From: Terriglobales bacterium
Lineage (GTDB): Bacteria; Acidobacteriota; Terriglobia; Terriglobales; SCQP01
Length of the DNA stretch: 64,000 bases
Assembly: GCA_050746125.1 (NCBI GenBank)
Contig: JBOGKX010000012.1
Span: forward strand, 28,575 to 92,574
Direction of reading: 5' to 3'
The notes beneath the pieces were generated by a model that saw only the letters and a program-made list of their open reading frames with translations, did not search any database and had not been told where the DNA came from. Positions 48,078 through 59,398 of the stretch are shown here, piece after piece. Each line of letters begins with the position of its first letter. The first letter of the stretch is position 1. Made by a program: the position numbers and the translations under genes.

Positions 48078-48836
48078 ATGCTTGACCTCGGCAAATACTG
48101 GCGTGGTGAAATCACCGCACGTCGCGATCTGAGCGACGATTTGTGGACCGCGCGCCTCCGCTTGCCGGCGCCCTTTCCCTTCCGGCCCGGACAGTACGCC
48201 ACTTTGGCGCTGGAGGATGAAGAAGGCGTGCACGAGCGGCCCTACTCGATCGTTTCGAGCCCCCTCGAAAAAGAGTTGGAATTCTTCTTCGAGTTGGTCC
48301 CGCAGGGGGAGTTGACGCCGCGCCTGCATCGCCTCCAGCCTGGCGACCCGATCTGGGTGCGCAAAGCCGCCAAAGGGCTGTTTCAATGGGACCGCAAGAG
48401 CGGCCGCGGCCGGCATCTGATGGTTTGTACGGTTACCGGCCTGGCGCCGTTCATGAGCATGTTGCGCACCTTCGCGGCCGATCCCAGCCAGCGCCCACCT
48501 GGGCATCGCGGCCTGCTGTTGGCGGCGGCGAGCCGATCCTGGGAGTTCGGTTATCGCGCCGAAGCCTTGGAATTGGCGCAAACACTGCCTGACTTGCAGG
48601 CGGTCTTTTCCATCTCTCGCCCTTGGGAAGATTCGCAATGGGGAGGCGAGCGCGGCCGCGCCGAGGACTTGCTGCGGAAATACGCGGACCAGGAAGGGTT
48701 CGGCGCCGGGATCACCACCGCTTATCTCTGCGGCCATCCCGGCATGATCGCCAACGCCAAGGATATCTTGAAGCGGGCCGGCTTCGACAAACAGGCAATT
48801 TACGAGGAAATCTACTGGATCCCCGCCAAGCCCTAA
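48078..48836 (+). CDS. Ferredoxin--NADP(+) reductase-type flavoprotein
   Basis: RPYSIVSSP (FAD-binding RxYS motif) and TGLAPFMSML (NADP-binding). The start is moved to MLDLGKYW. Confidence 0.8.
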   Translation: MLDLGKYWRGEITARRDLSDDLWTARLRLPAPFPFRPGQYATLALEDEEGVHERPYSIVSSPLEKELEFFFELVPQGELTPRLHRLQPGDPIWVRKAAKGLFQWDRKSGRGRHLMVCTVTGLAPFMSMLRTFAADPSQRPPGHRGLLLAAASRSWEFGYRAEALELAQTLPDLQAVFSISRPWEDSQWGGERGRAEDLLRKYADQEGFGAGITTAYLCGHPGMIANAKDILKRAGFDKQAIYEEIYWIPAKP

Positions 48837-48837
48837 C

Positions 48838-49230
48838 CTAGGCCGCCGCTTCGTCTATTACTTCCCCCAATTCCCGCTCCAGCTGGCGCAGCACCGGTTC
48901 CAAATCGCCCCCGTCAAAGTGAGCCAGCAACGCCGTCGGCTTGACCATGGCAAGATAAACCTGTCCTTGCCATTCGTATAGGCAGACCCGGCAGGGAAGC
49001 ACGCCGGCTAGGGATAAGTTGCGGGAAACGGCCTCGGCGGCGAGGCCCGGGCTGCTCAACTCGTAGACGCGGCAGGGAAATCCGAAGGCCACGCCGTGCT
49101 CGACCAGCGCTTGCCGCAGATCCAAGCAGCCGAAGATTGCGACCCGGTGCCGCGCGGCGGCGTCGCGCAAATCGGCGTCCACGGCGGCCAGGCTCTTACC
49201 TTCGACGATGACGGTCACTAGGTCGGACAT
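48838..49230 (-). CDS. DUF302-like small protein
   Basis: About 130 aa from MSDLVTVIVEG. The overall pattern (...FGFPCRVYELSSP...LPCRVCLYE...) resembles DUF302. Confidence 0.5.
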   Translation of the reverse strand: MSDLVTVIVEGKSLAAVDADLRDAAARHRVAIFGCLDLRQALVEHGVAFGFPCRVYELSSPGLAAEAVSRNLSLAGVLPCRVCLYEWQGQVYLAMVKPTALLAHFDGGDLEPVLRQLERELGEVIDEAAA

Positions 49231-49353
49231 GATTCGTTCGTGGGCGCCATGCTGCCCCCGATCATGGCACATTCGCCTGCCAATGACTTGCCCGCGGGTG
49301 GCGAAGTTGGTCCCGCCAGCGCATCGCCGCCGGCGCGCGGTCGAGAGGCGCCG

Positions 49354-50175
49354 TCAATCGGAGTTGCCGTCGGAGCGGGGAAGCGCCGGCTCCGGCTCCG
49401 GCTCCGGCGATGGGTTGCGGGGTGCGGATTTCGGCCGCGGCCGGAACACCCGAAATAGACGCTGCAGCGGATCGTAGAACTCGTCCACCACCCGCTCTTT
49501 CAAGGGGATGATCGCGTTGTCGGTGATCTTGATGCCTTCCGGGCAGACCTTGGTACAGCATTTGGTGATGTTGCAGTATCCCAATCCGCCGGGGCCGCGC
49601 AGATCGGCCGTCCGATTCTCGACGTCGAGGGGGTGCATTTCCAGCGCCGCTACGTGAACGTAGAAACGCGGACCAATGTACTGGCGGTACATTTCGTGCT
49701 CGCGCAATACGTGGCAGACGTCTTGGCACAGATAACACTCGATGCACTTGCGGAACTCTTGCACCCGATCCACGTCTCTTTGGTCCATGCGCCAGGTGCC
49801 GTCGGGCGCGTCGGGGGAACGCGGCTTGAAGGGCTTGATGCGCTTCTTCACCTCGTAATTCCACGAAAGATCCGTCACCAGGTCGCGCACCAGCGGAAAG
49901 GTGCGCAGCGGCTCGATCGTTATCGGCTGCTCGAGCGGCAGAGAGCTCAGCCGCGTCATGCACATCAGCTTGGGCTGGCCGTTGATTTCGGCCGAGCAAG
50001 AGCCGCATTTGCCCGCCTTGCAGTTCCAGCGCACCGCCAAGTCGTTGGCCTGCTCGGCTTGAATTTGATGCACGGCGTCGAGCACCACCATGCCTTCGCC
50101 CACGGCCGTGCGGAACTCCTGAAAGCCGCCCTGCTGGGCATCGCCGCGCCAAATGCGGAAGACCGCGTTAGCCAT
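49354..50175 (-). CDS. sdhB: Succinate dehydrogenase/fumarate reductase iron-sulfur subunit
   Basis: CKAGKCGSCSAEING (2Fe-2S), CIECYLCQDVC and CTKVCPEG cluster motifs. It has a proline/glutamate-rich C-terminal tail. Confidence 0.92.
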   Translation of the reverse strand: MANAVFRIWRGDAQQGGFQEFRTAVGEGMVVLDAVHQIQAEQANDLAVRWNCKAGKCGSCSAEINGQPKLMCMTRLSSLPLEQPITIEPLRTFPLVRDLVTDLSWNYEVKKRIKPFKPRSPDAPDGTWRMDQRDVDRVQEFRKCIECYLCQDVCHVLREHEMYRQYIGPRFYVHVAALEMHPLDVENRTADLRGPGGLGYCNITKCCTKVCPEGIKITDNAIIPLKERVVDEFYDPLQRLFRVFRPRPKSAPRNPSPEPEPEPALPRSDGNSD

Positions 50176-51996
50176 CTACTTCATCTCCTCGATGATCTGC
50201 CGCAACTCGGCCGGGATCTCCCGCCGCGGCTCGCGGCGAAATTGCATCTTGCCGTCGGAGCCTTGGGCGATGATGCTGTTGTAGAGTCCTTGGCTGTCGT
50301 CCTTGCTGGGATAATCGTCGCGAAAGTGCGCGCCGCGGCTCTCCTTGCGCGCCTCCGCCGCCGTCGCCACCGCCTCGGCCACGATCAGCAGGTTGTGCAA
50401 GTCCAGGGCGGTGTGCCAGCCCGGGTTATAGGCGCGATTGCCGTTGACGGCCACGTTCGCGGCGCGGCGCCGCAGTGCGGCGATCGCTTGCCGCGCGTTT
50501 TGCAGCTCGCTCTCGGTGCGCACGATGCCCGCGTCGCTCTGCATCAGCTCCTGCAATGCCTGTTGCACCTGGAACGGCCCCTCCCCGCCACTGCGGGCGA
50601 AGGGGGCCAGCGCCTCTTGCGCCGCCTGCTCGGCCTGCGCCGCGAGGTCGCCAGCCGGCGCGTTGGCGCCAGCGCTGGCGGCGAAACGCGCTGCGGCGTC
50701 GCCGGCGCGCTTGCCGAAGACCAGCAAGTCGCTGAGCGAGTTGCCGCCCAGCCGGTTGGCGCCATGGAGGCCGGCCGCGCACTCGCCGGCGGCGAACAGC
50801 CCCGGCACCGTGGACATCTGCGACTCGGCGTCCACGCGGATGCCTCCCATCATGTAATGCATGGTCGGCCCGATCTCCATCGGCTGCGCAGTGATATCGA
50901 CGTCGGCCAGTTGTTTGAATTGGTGATACATGCTGGGCAGCTTGCGCTTAATGTGCTCGCCCGAGTTGGGAAGCTTTTCCTTGATCCAACTGATGTCGAG
51001 AAATACGCCGCTATGCGGGCTGCCTCGCCCCGCCTTGACCTCGCGCACGATCATGCGCGCCACGTGATCGCGGGTCAGCAGCTCCGGCGGGCGGCGCGCG
51101 TCCTTATCGCCCTGGGTGTAGCGCCAGCCTTCATCCGGGCTGTCGGCGGTCTGGTTTTGATAGAGCGGCGGAATATTGTCGAACATGAAGCGCCGCCCCT
51201 CGCTGTTTTTCAGTACGCCCCCTTCGCCCCGCACCCCTTCAGTGACCAGCAAGCCGCGCACGCTGGGCGGCCACACCATGCCCGTGGGATGGAACTGCAC
51301 GAACTCCATATCCATGAGTTCCGCCCCGGCGCGGTACGCCAGCCCCAAGCCGTCGCCGGTGTATTCCCAACTGTTGCTGGTGATCTTGTAGGCGCGGCCG
51401 ATGCCGCCCGTCGCGAGCACCACCGCCCCGGCGCGAAAGAGCAAAAAGCCTCCCTTCTCGCGTTCGTACCCGAAGGCGCCGACCACCCGCCCGCCGGAGC
51501 GCAGCAGGGTGATCAGGGTGCACTCCATGTGCGCGACGATGTCTTGCTGGATGCCGCGGTCTTGCAGCGTGCGGATCATCTCCAGCCCCGTGCGATCGCC
51601 CACGTGGGCCAGGCGGGGATACCGGTGGCCGCCGAAGTTGCGTTGCAGGATGCGGCCGTCGGCGGTGCGATCGAAAAGCGCTCCCCAAGCCTCCAGCTCG
51701 CGCACCCGCGCCGGAGCTTCCTTGGCATGCAGCTCGGCCATGCGCCAGTTGTTCAAATAGGCGCCGCCGCGCATGGTGTCGGAAAAGTGCACGCGCCAGT
51801 TGTCGCGGTCGTCCACGTTGCCTAGCGCCGCCGCCGCGCCGCCTTCGGCCATCACCGTGTGCGCTTTGCCTAGCAGCGACTTGCAAATTAAGCCCACGCG
51901 GGCCCCCTGGGCGGCGGCGGCGATGGCCGCGCGCAAGCCGGCGCCTCCGGCCCCCACCACCAGCACGTCGTAGGAATGCGTCTCCGCTTGCGCCAT
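50176..51996 (-). CDS. sdhA: Succinate dehydrogenase/fumarate reductase flavoprotein subunit
   Basis: The start is moved to MAQAETHSYDVLVVGAGGAGLRAA. FHPTG and RGEGG motifs are present. The upstream 191 codons of the track ORF overlap sdhC out of frame. Confidence 0.93.
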   Translation of the reverse strand: MAQAETHSYDVLVVGAGGAGLRAAIAAAAQGARVGLICKSLLGKAHTVMAEGGAAAALGNVDDRDNWRVHFSDTMRGGAYLNNWRMAELHAKEAPARVRELEAWGALFDRTADGRILQRNFGGHRYPRLAHVGDRTGLEMIRTLQDRGIQQDIVAHMECTLITLLRSGGRVVGAFGYEREKGGFLLFRAGAVVLATGGIGRAYKITSNSWEYTGDGLGLAYRAGAELMDMEFVQFHPTGMVWPPSVRGLLVTEGVRGEGGVLKNSEGRRFMFDNIPPLYQNQTADSPDEGWRYTQGDKDARRPPELLTRDHVARMIVREVKAGRGSPHSGVFLDISWIKEKLPNSGEHIKRKLPSMYHQFKQLADVDITAQPMEIGPTMHYMMGGIRVDAESQMSTVPGLFAAGECAAGLHGANRLGGNSLSDLLVFGKRAGDAAARFAASAGANAPAGDLAAQAEQAAQEALAPFARSGGEGPFQVQQALQELMQSDAGIVRTESELQNARQAIAALRRRAANVAVNGNRAYNPGWHTALDLHNLLIVAEAVATAAEARKESRGAHFRDDYPSKDDSQGLYNSIIAQGSDGKMQFRREPRREIPAELRQIIEEMK

Positions 51997-52799
51997 TAGA
52001 AGATCCTCCAGTCGCGGATCAGCCCCATGGCGCAAATGCGCACGTAGAAATCGGCGAAAGCCACCCAGAACAAACTCATCCAAGCCCACATCATGTGCCG
52101 GCGATTCAGACAGCTGGCGCAGTCGTACAATTTGGCGCGCGTGGGCATGGCGGAAAGATGGTCGCGGCCGCCGGCCAGCAAGTGGCGCAAGGAATGGCAG
52201 CCCAGCGTGTAGCCGGTCAGCAACGCCCAGTTGACGAATAGCACCAGCGATCCCAGCCCCAAGCCCCACACAACGTGGCCGGGATGAGCCACATCCGGCC
52301 AGCGCAGCGAGCGCACGAAATCGTAGAAAAGGTCCACGAGGAAAAGTAGGGCCAGGTACATGAAGTAGCGGTGGATGTTCTGCCAGATGAGCGGAAACCG
52401 CCGCTCGCCCCAATACGTCTTGCGTGGTTCCCGCACCGTGCAATTGGGCGGATCGGCCCAAAACGCCTTGTAGTAGGCGCCGCGATAGTAGTAGCAGGTG
52501 ACACGAAAGCCGCCCGGCGCCCAGAGGATCACCAGCGCTGGCGAGAACACCAGCCAGCCCGGCCACCACGCCGGCTGCGGTCCGAACCAGCTATGCGGGC
52601 CGAAAACCAGCGGCGAATAGAGCGGCGAAAGGTAAGGGCCCCAGGCGTAGTTGACGCCTTGGAACGCCGCCCAGGTGGCATATACGATGAAGGCTCCGAG
52701 GCCGAGGAAAACCACCGTGGGCTGCAGCCACCATGCGTCGCGACGCATGGTCGGGACGGCAGGCCTCGGGTTTAAGATGGGAATTTCAGCTTGGGCCAT
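51996..52799 (-). CDS. sdhC: Succinate dehydrogenase/fumarate reductase membrane (cytochrome b-type) subunit
   Basis: 267-aa polytopic His-containing membrane protein directly upstream of sdhA (TAATG junction). Confidence 0.7.
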   Translation of the reverse strand: MAQAEIPILNPRPAVPTMRRDAWWLQPTVVFLGLGAFIVYATWAAFQGVNYAWGPYLSPLYSPLVFGPHSWFGPQPAWWPGWLVFSPALVILWAPGGFRVTCYYYRGAYYKAFWADPPNCTVREPRKTYWGERRFPLIWQNIHRYFMYLALLFLVDLFYDFVRSLRWPDVAHPGHVVWGLGLGSLVLFVNWALLTGYTLGCHSLRHLLAGGRDHLSAMPTRAKLYDCASCLNRRHMMWAWMSLFWVAFADFYVRICAMGLIRDWRIF

Positions 52800-52919
52800 T
52801 TAAGGGTTGCCGAGCAGGCCGCCATGGGAGCGGCGCAGACGAAGACGAGGCAACCTTTCACGATACTGAACCCTAGGACTCGTGGCAAGCGAGCCCCGGT
52901 GCGCGAATGCTCCGCCGCA

Positions 52920-53411
52920 TCAGCCCCGCGGGGGGGCGCCGGGCTGGGTGCTCATCGGCACTTGCACCAAGCGGTTCGTGAGGTCGCCAACCTCCTGCTC
53001 GTGGCCGAGCAGATCGTGCAAAGTGGTGCGCGTCAGCACCCGGTCCACGGCCGACTGCACGGTGCGCCAGAGCGAGCGCAGCGAGCAATCGATCGAGTGC
53101 GTGCAAACCAGTTCCTCGCCGGCATGGCGCTCGCAAAACTCCGGGTCGAAGAGCCGCCCGCCCAGCACCGCCAGCGCCTCGGCCACCACGATCTGGTCCG
53201 CCGGCCGGGCCAGCACGTAGCCGCCGGCCTGTCCGCGCGCGCTGCGCGCCAATTGCCCACGGCGCAGCACGCGCAGCAGCTTCGCCACGTAATGCGGCGA
53301 GATGCCCTCCAGGCGGCTAATTTCGGGGATGGTCAGGCTGGCGCTGGGCGGCTGCATGCCCAGGCGCAGCAGGCAGCGCAAGCCGTATTCTTCCTGGGAG
53401 CTGAACTTCAT
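52920..53411 (-). CDS. Rrf2 family transcriptional regulator (IscR/SufR-like, three-Cys cluster)
   Basis: MKFSSQEEYGLRCLLRLG ... ISPHYVAKLLRVLRRGQL is an Rrf2 winged HTH. Cys cluster: FCERHAGEELVCTHSIDC. The start overlaps the sufT stop by 4 nt. Confidence 0.85.
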   Translation of the reverse strand: MKFSSQEEYGLRCLLRLGMQPPSASLTIPEISRLEGISPHYVAKLLRVLRRGQLARSARGQAGGYVLARPADQIVVAEALAVLGGRLFDPEFCERHAGEELVCTHSIDCSLRSLWRTVQSAVDRVLTRTTLHDLLGHEQEVGDLTNRLVQVPMSTQPGAPPRG

Positions 53412-53866
53412 AGCATGCCAAGCTGCAGCTTGGCCTCCTCCGACATCATGCCCGTGTTCCAGGGCGGGTCCCAAACCAATTCGAAATTTACGTCGCTGAC
53501 CCCAGGGATGCCGCGCACCTTCCCTTCCACCTCTCCCGGCAGATAGCCGGCCACTGGACAGTTGGGCGAGGTCAGCGTCATGCGTAGGTCCACTACGCCG
53601 TCGGGCTGCGCCTTGACCTCGTAGATCAGGCCGAGATCGTAAATGTTGACCGGAATTTCCGGATCGAAGCAGGTGCGCAGCGTCTCGATCACGAGCTCTT
53701 CCAGCCCGGCGATCTCCGGCTGGCGGGCGCGCCACTCGGCTTTGAGCCGCACCGCGTCCTCGCGCAGGCGCTTGGCCTCGGTCAGCCGCTCCGGCCCGCC
53801 TAAATCCTCCAATTCGGCGGCGCGGGCATCCTTTTCGTTCGCCTGCGCCAGCAGTTCGTCGTCCAT
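53408..53866 (-). CDS. sufT: DUF59/SufT-like Fe-S assembly protein
   Basis: Contains CFDPEIPVNIYDLGLIYEV and LTSPNCPVAG motifs. Confidence 0.8.
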   Translation of the reverse strand: MDDELLAQANEKDARAAELEDLGGPERLTEAKRLREDAVRLKAEWRARQPEIAGLEELVIETLRTCFDPEIPVNIYDLGLIYEVKAQPDGVVDLRMTLTSPNCPVAGYLPGEVEGKVRGIPGVSDVNFELVWDPPWNTGMMSEEAKLQLGML

Positions 53867-53870
53867 GGTG

Positions 53871-54323
53871 CTACTCCGTCGAAACCGGCGCGTCGGCGCC
53901 GTGCAGGGCGGCGGCGAAAGTGTGCCAAGCCAGGCTGGCGCATTTGACGCGCACGGGAAACTCCGAAACGCCGCTGAAGGCCGCCAGTTTGCCCAGTTCG
54001 TCGGGATCGCCGGCGGCGGTGAAGTCGCCCGTCACCAGGGCGTGAAAGCGGCGGAACAATTCCTCCGCCTCGGCTGCCGTCTTGCCCTTCAGCGCCTCGG
54101 TCAACAGCGAAGCCGAAGCGGTGGAGATGGCGCAGCCCGAACCCTCGAAGCGCAGGTCGCGCACCACGTTGTCCTCCAGGCGCACCCACAGCGTCAGCCG
54201 GTCGCCGCAAAGCCGATTGAAGCCCTCGGCGCGGCGGTTGGCGCCCGCCAGCGCGCCGAAGTTGCGCGGCCGCTTGGCGTGGTCCAGGATCAGCTCTTGA
54301 TAAAGCCCCTCGAGTTCCGCCAT
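53871..54323 (-). CDS. sufU: SUF system NifU-family Fe-S scaffold
   Basis: The start is moved to MAELEGLYQELILDHAKRPRN. The three Cys ligands are LCGD, GSGCAIS and KCASLAW. Confidence 0.88.
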   Translation of the reverse strand: MAELEGLYQELILDHAKRPRNFGALAGANRRAEGFNRLCGDRLTLWVRLEDNVVRDLRFEGSGCAISTASASLLTEALKGKTAAEAEELFRRFHALVTGDFTAAGDPDELGKLAAFSGVSEFPVRVKCASLAWHTFAAALHGADAPVSTE

Positions 54324-54328
54324 GACGC

Positions 54329-55597
54329 TTACACCCGAAACATTGCTTGCACCCGGCCGATCCCCTCGGCCAGGGCGTCGATCTCCGCCCGCGTGTTGTA
54401 AAGAGCCAGCGAGGCGCGGGTAGTGGCGGGCACGCCGAAGCGCTCCATCACCGGCTGCGCGCAATGATGGCCGGCGCGCACCGCGATGCCGGCGGCGTCG
54501 AGCACGGTGCCGGCGTCGTGAGGATGCACGCCCTCGACCACGAAACTGAAGACGCCGGCGCGGCGCCGCGTCGGGCCGATCAGCCGCACCCCGCGCAGGC
54601 GGCGGAAAACCGCCAGCCCGTACTCGGTCAGTTCGTGCTCGTAGGTGGCCACCGCGGCCATATCCAACGCCGTCAGGTACTCGACCGCCGCCCCCAGCCC
54701 AATGGCTCCGGCAACGTGCGGCGTGCCGGCCTCGAACTTATAGGGGAGATCGTTGTAGGTAGTCTTCTCGAACGTCACCGAGCGGATCATGTCGCCGCCG
54801 CCCTGGTAGGGCGGCATGGCGTCCAGCAGCTCGGCGCGGCCGTAGAGCACGCCGATGCCGGTAGGTCCGAAAAGCTTGTGCCCGCTGAAAGCGAAGAAGT
54901 CGCAGCCCAATTCGCGCACGTCGATCGGCAGATGCGGCGCCGACTGCGCTCCGTCCACCACCAGCACCGCGCCCCGCTCGTGGGCGCGGCGAGCAAACTC
55001 GGCCACCGGGTTGATCGTGCCCAGCGCATTCGAAATATGGGCGGCGGCGACGATCTTGGTGCGTGGGCTCAGGCGGCGCTCGAACTCGTCCAGCGGCACC
55101 TCACCGCGATCGTCAATCGGCGCGACCACCAGCCGTGCCCCGCTCCGCTCGCAGAGCAGTTGCCAGGGAACGATGTTGGAGTGGTGCTCGAGTCCGGTAA
55201 TCAGCACTTCGTCGCCGGCCCGCAACCGCTGACCATAGCTGGCGGCGACCAGATTGATCGAGTCCGTGGTGCCGCGGGTGAAGACGATCTCGCTCTCGCT
55301 GCCCGCGCCGATGAAGTCCCGCACGCGCCGCCGCGCCCCCTCGTAGGCCGCGGTCGCCCGCTCGCTCAGCTGGTGGGCGCTGCGATGGATGTTCGCGCAG
55401 TCTTCGCGATAGTACCGCTCCAGCGCCGCCAGCACCGCGCGCGGCTTCTGCGCCGTGGCGGCGCTGTCGAGATAGACCAGCGGATGCCCATTCACCCGTT
55501 GCGCCAAGCCCGGAAACTCGGCGCGCACCGCTTCCACGTCGAAAGCGGCGGCGGCGGGGGCGTTTTCGGCCAAGGGGCGCATCTCAGGCCTCGCCAT
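54329..55597 (-). CDS. sufS: Cysteine desulfurase, SufS type
   Basis: 422 aa. FSGHKLFGPTGIGVLYG (PLP lysine) and RAGHHCAQP (catalytic Cys). Confidence 0.92.
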   Translation of the reverse strand: MARPEMRPLAENAPAAAAFDVEAVRAEFPGLAQRVNGHPLVYLDSAATAQKPRAVLAALERYYREDCANIHRSAHQLSERATAAYEGARRRVRDFIGAGSESEIVFTRGTTDSINLVAASYGQRLRAGDEVLITGLEHHSNIVPWQLLCERSGARLVVAPIDDRGEVPLDEFERRLSPRTKIVAAAHISNALGTINPVAEFARRAHERGAVLVVDGAQSAPHLPIDVRELGCDFFAFSGHKLFGPTGIGVLYGRAELLDAMPPYQGGGDMIRSVTFEKTTYNDLPYKFEAGTPHVAGAIGLGAAVEYLTALDMAAVATYEHELTEYGLAVFRRLRGVRLIGPTRRRAGVFSFVVEGVHPHDAGTVLDAAGIAVRAGHHCAQPVMERFGVPATTRASLALYNTRAEIDALAEGIGRVQAMFRV

Positions 55598-56927
55598 CTC
55601 CTTCCAGGCCGGTCCAGCGGTGGAATAGCTCCCGCTCCAGCCGGCGGCGCAATTCCTCGCTCTTCAACCGCGCCAAGATATCGCTGGCGAATGCGAAGGT
55701 CAGCAGCCGCCGTGCCGGCTCGGCGCCAATGCCGCGGGATTGCAGGTAGAACAGCGCCTCGGCGTCGATCTGCCCGAAGGTGGCGCCGTGGGTGCAGCGC
55801 ACGTCGTCGGCGCGGATCTCCAACTGCGGGTCGGCGCTGGCCACGGCATCGGGCGAGAGCAAAAGATTCTTGTCGCTTTGGATCGCGTCGGTGTGCTGCG
55901 CGTCCGCGCGCACCACGATGCGGCCGCGAAAAGCCGTGGTCGCCTGCCCGTCCAAGATGCCTTTGTAGTACTCCCTGCTGGTGCCCAGCGGCTGGGCATG
56001 GTCGAGCACCGTGTGGTTGTCGATATGCTGGCGGCCGGCGGCGAGATAGAGGCCGTTGAGCAGCACCTCGGCTCCCTCTCCGTCCAGCACCGCCGTCACG
56101 TCGTTGCGGGTCAAGGCGCCGCCGAAAGTCAGGGCATGCAAAGCCGCGCGCGCCGAGCGTCCCACCCGGGCGAAGGTGGAGGAGACATGGTACGAGGCCG
56201 GATTCTCCTGTTGCAGCCGCACGTGCTCGAGCGCGGCGTTCTCTTCCGCCACGATCTCGGTGACAACGTTGGTGAAAGCCGCCGCCGGCCCCAGGCTGGC
56301 GTAGCCTTCAATCACCATGGCCTGGCTGTCGCGGCCGGCCACGATCAGGATTCGCGGCTGGACGTAGGTAGTGGCCGCGGCCGTCGCCAAATGCAAAACG
56401 TGCACCGGCGCCGCCGGCGCCTGCCCGCGGCCGATCTCGATGACCGCGCCATCTTCGAGCAACGCGGTGTTCATGGCCACGAAGGCAAGCTCATCCCACC
56501 CCGCCTCATGCGTCAGGTACTCGGTTATGCCGTCGCCGGCGGTCAGCGCCTCCGCCAGGCTGCCCGCGCGCACGCCGCTGCCCAGCGCCGTCGGCGTCGA
56601 AAAACGCGCCACGTAACGGCCGTCCACGAAAACCAACCGCGCCCCGCCCAGTTCGCCAAAAGGCGAGGCCGCTAGAAAGCGCTCGACCGCGCTCTCCGCC
56701 GCCGCGTCGAGTTCCGGCGCGGCGATGTAGCTGCCGCGCGCGATCGGCGCCGTGTTCGTATGCCGCCATTCTTCGTGCTTCGTGGTGGGGAAGCCGAGCG
56801 CTAGAAAGCGCTCGAACGCGGTGCGGCGCGCCGTGGCCAGCCAGCCCGGCCCCCGCTGTGCGCGGGCCAGTGCCTCGAAGCGGGCTCGGTACGCGCCCTC
56901 GATCACTGGAGTTGCTGTCGCGCTCAT
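55584..56927 (-). CDS. sufD: Fe-S cluster assembly protein SufD
   Basis: 447 aa with SufB/D-fold C-terminal region. It lies between sufC and sufS. Confidence 0.88.
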   Translation of the reverse strand: MSATATPVIEGAYRARFEALARAQRGPGWLATARRTAFERFLALGFPTTKHEEWRHTNTAPIARGSYIAAPELDAAAESAVERFLAASPFGELGGARLVFVDGRYVARFSTPTALGSGVRAGSLAEALTAGDGITEYLTHEAGWDELAFVAMNTALLEDGAVIEIGRGQAPAAPVHVLHLATAAATTYVQPRILIVAGRDSQAMVIEGYASLGPAAAFTNVVTEIVAEENAALEHVRLQQENPASYHVSSTFARVGRSARAALHALTFGGALTRNDVTAVLDGEGAEVLLNGLYLAAGRQHIDNHTVLDHAQPLGTSREYYKGILDGQATTAFRGRIVVRADAQHTDAIQSDKNLLLSPDAVASADPQLEIRADDVRCTHGATFGQIDAEALFYLQSRGIGAEPARRLLTFAFASDILARLKSEELRRRLERELFHRWTGLEGDGEA

Positions 56928-56934
56928 CGTTGCT

Positions 56935-57705
56935 CTAAACTCCCGCTCCCACTGTTTCTTCCAGCCAGCCGTAGCCCTTGTCTTCCAGTTCCAGCGCCAA
57001 CTCCTTGCCCCCCGAGCGCACGATGCGCCCGTTGTAGAGCACGTGCACGAAGTCGGGAACGATGTAGTTCAGCAGCCGCTGGTAGTGCGTTACCACGATG
57101 GCCGAGCGCTCCGGATGCCGCATCGCGTTCACACCAGCCGCCACCGTCTTCAGTGCGTCGATGTCCAGGCCCGAGTCGGTTTCGTCCAGAATCGCCAGCT
57201 TCGGTTCCAGCACCGCCATCTGGAAAATTTCGTTGCGCTTCTTTTCGCCGCCCGAAAAGCCTTCGTTCACCGAGCGCTGGCTCAAGGCCGAATCCATCTC
57301 GAGCAGCTTCATCTTGTCCCGCGACAGGCGCAGAAAGTCGGCGGCGTCGAGTTCTTCCAGGCCGCGATGCTTGCGGATGGCGTTGAGCGCCGCCCGCAGG
57401 AAATACAGGTTGCTGACCCCCGGAATCTCGACCGGGTACTGAAACGCCAGGAACAAGCCCTCGCGCGCCCGCTCCTCGGGCGCTAGCTCGAGTAGATTCC
57501 GGCCCAAAAAGCACGCCGCCCCGGCCGTGACCTCGTAGCTGTCGCGCCCGGCCAGTACCCCGGCCAGCGTGCTCTTGCCCGAGCCGTTCGGCCCCATGAT
57601 GGCGTGCACCTCGCCCGCGCCCACGCGCAGCTCGACACCACGCAATATTTCCCGCCCGTCGGCCGATTTGGCGATGCGGGCGTGTAGGTTCTCGATCTCA
57701 AGCAT
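56935..57705 (-). CDS. sufC: Fe-S cluster assembly ATPase SufC
   Basis: Walker A GPNGSGKST, FSGGEKKRNEI signature and ILDETDSGLD. Confidence 0.95.
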   Translation of the reverse strand: MLEIENLHARIAKSADGREILRGVELRVGAGEVHAIMGPNGSGKSTLAGVLAGRDSYEVTAGAACFLGRNLLELAPEERAREGLFLAFQYPVEIPGVSNLYFLRAALNAIRKHRGLEELDAADFLRLSRDKMKLLEMDSALSQRSVNEGFSGGEKKRNEIFQMAVLEPKLAILDETDSGLDIDALKTVAAGVNAMRHPERSAIVVTHYQRLLNYIVPDFVHVLYNGRIVRSGGKELALELEDKGYGWLEETVGAGV

Positions 57706-57723
57706 GTTGGTCTCTCGCCGCGG

Positions 57724-59172
<1,449 letters not shown>

Positions 59173-59197
59173 AGTGTCTCCACCCCCTATCCTGGCA

Positions 59198-59221
59198 AAT
59201 CTGTACAAGAAAGTCTAGATT
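59198..59221. promoter_or_regulatory. Imperfect palindrome in the sufB promoter region, candidate Rrf2 operator
   Basis: The sequence aatctgtacaagaaagtctagatt has half-sites AATCTGTAC and (reverse complement) AATCTAGAC, matching at 7 of 9 positions. It lies 26 nt upstream of the sufB ATG. Confidence 0.35.
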
Positions 59222-59398
59222 GCTCTGGAACGTAAAACGCTGCTCCGCAGCCGCGCTGGCGCCTCGAATCGCGGCCGGGGAGCGGGCCCCGGGGACGGCG
59301 CAAAAATTTGTCTCATTTTGGCGGCGTCCAGGCCCATTTCGTCCCCCCAAGCGCGGGGGTGGGGTCAAGAAAACAGGGAACTTGGCGATCGCCGACCG

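Noticed and set aside
49633-51825. 730-aa + strand ORF
   Set aside because: It lies antisense to sdhB/sdhA, which carry unmistakable motifs. Its product is an Ala/Arg/His/Leu-rich nonsense sequence.
54347-56059. 570-aa + strand ORF
   Set aside because: It lies antisense to sufS/sufD, and its C-terminus is an Arg/Pro/Ala run. Shadow ORF.
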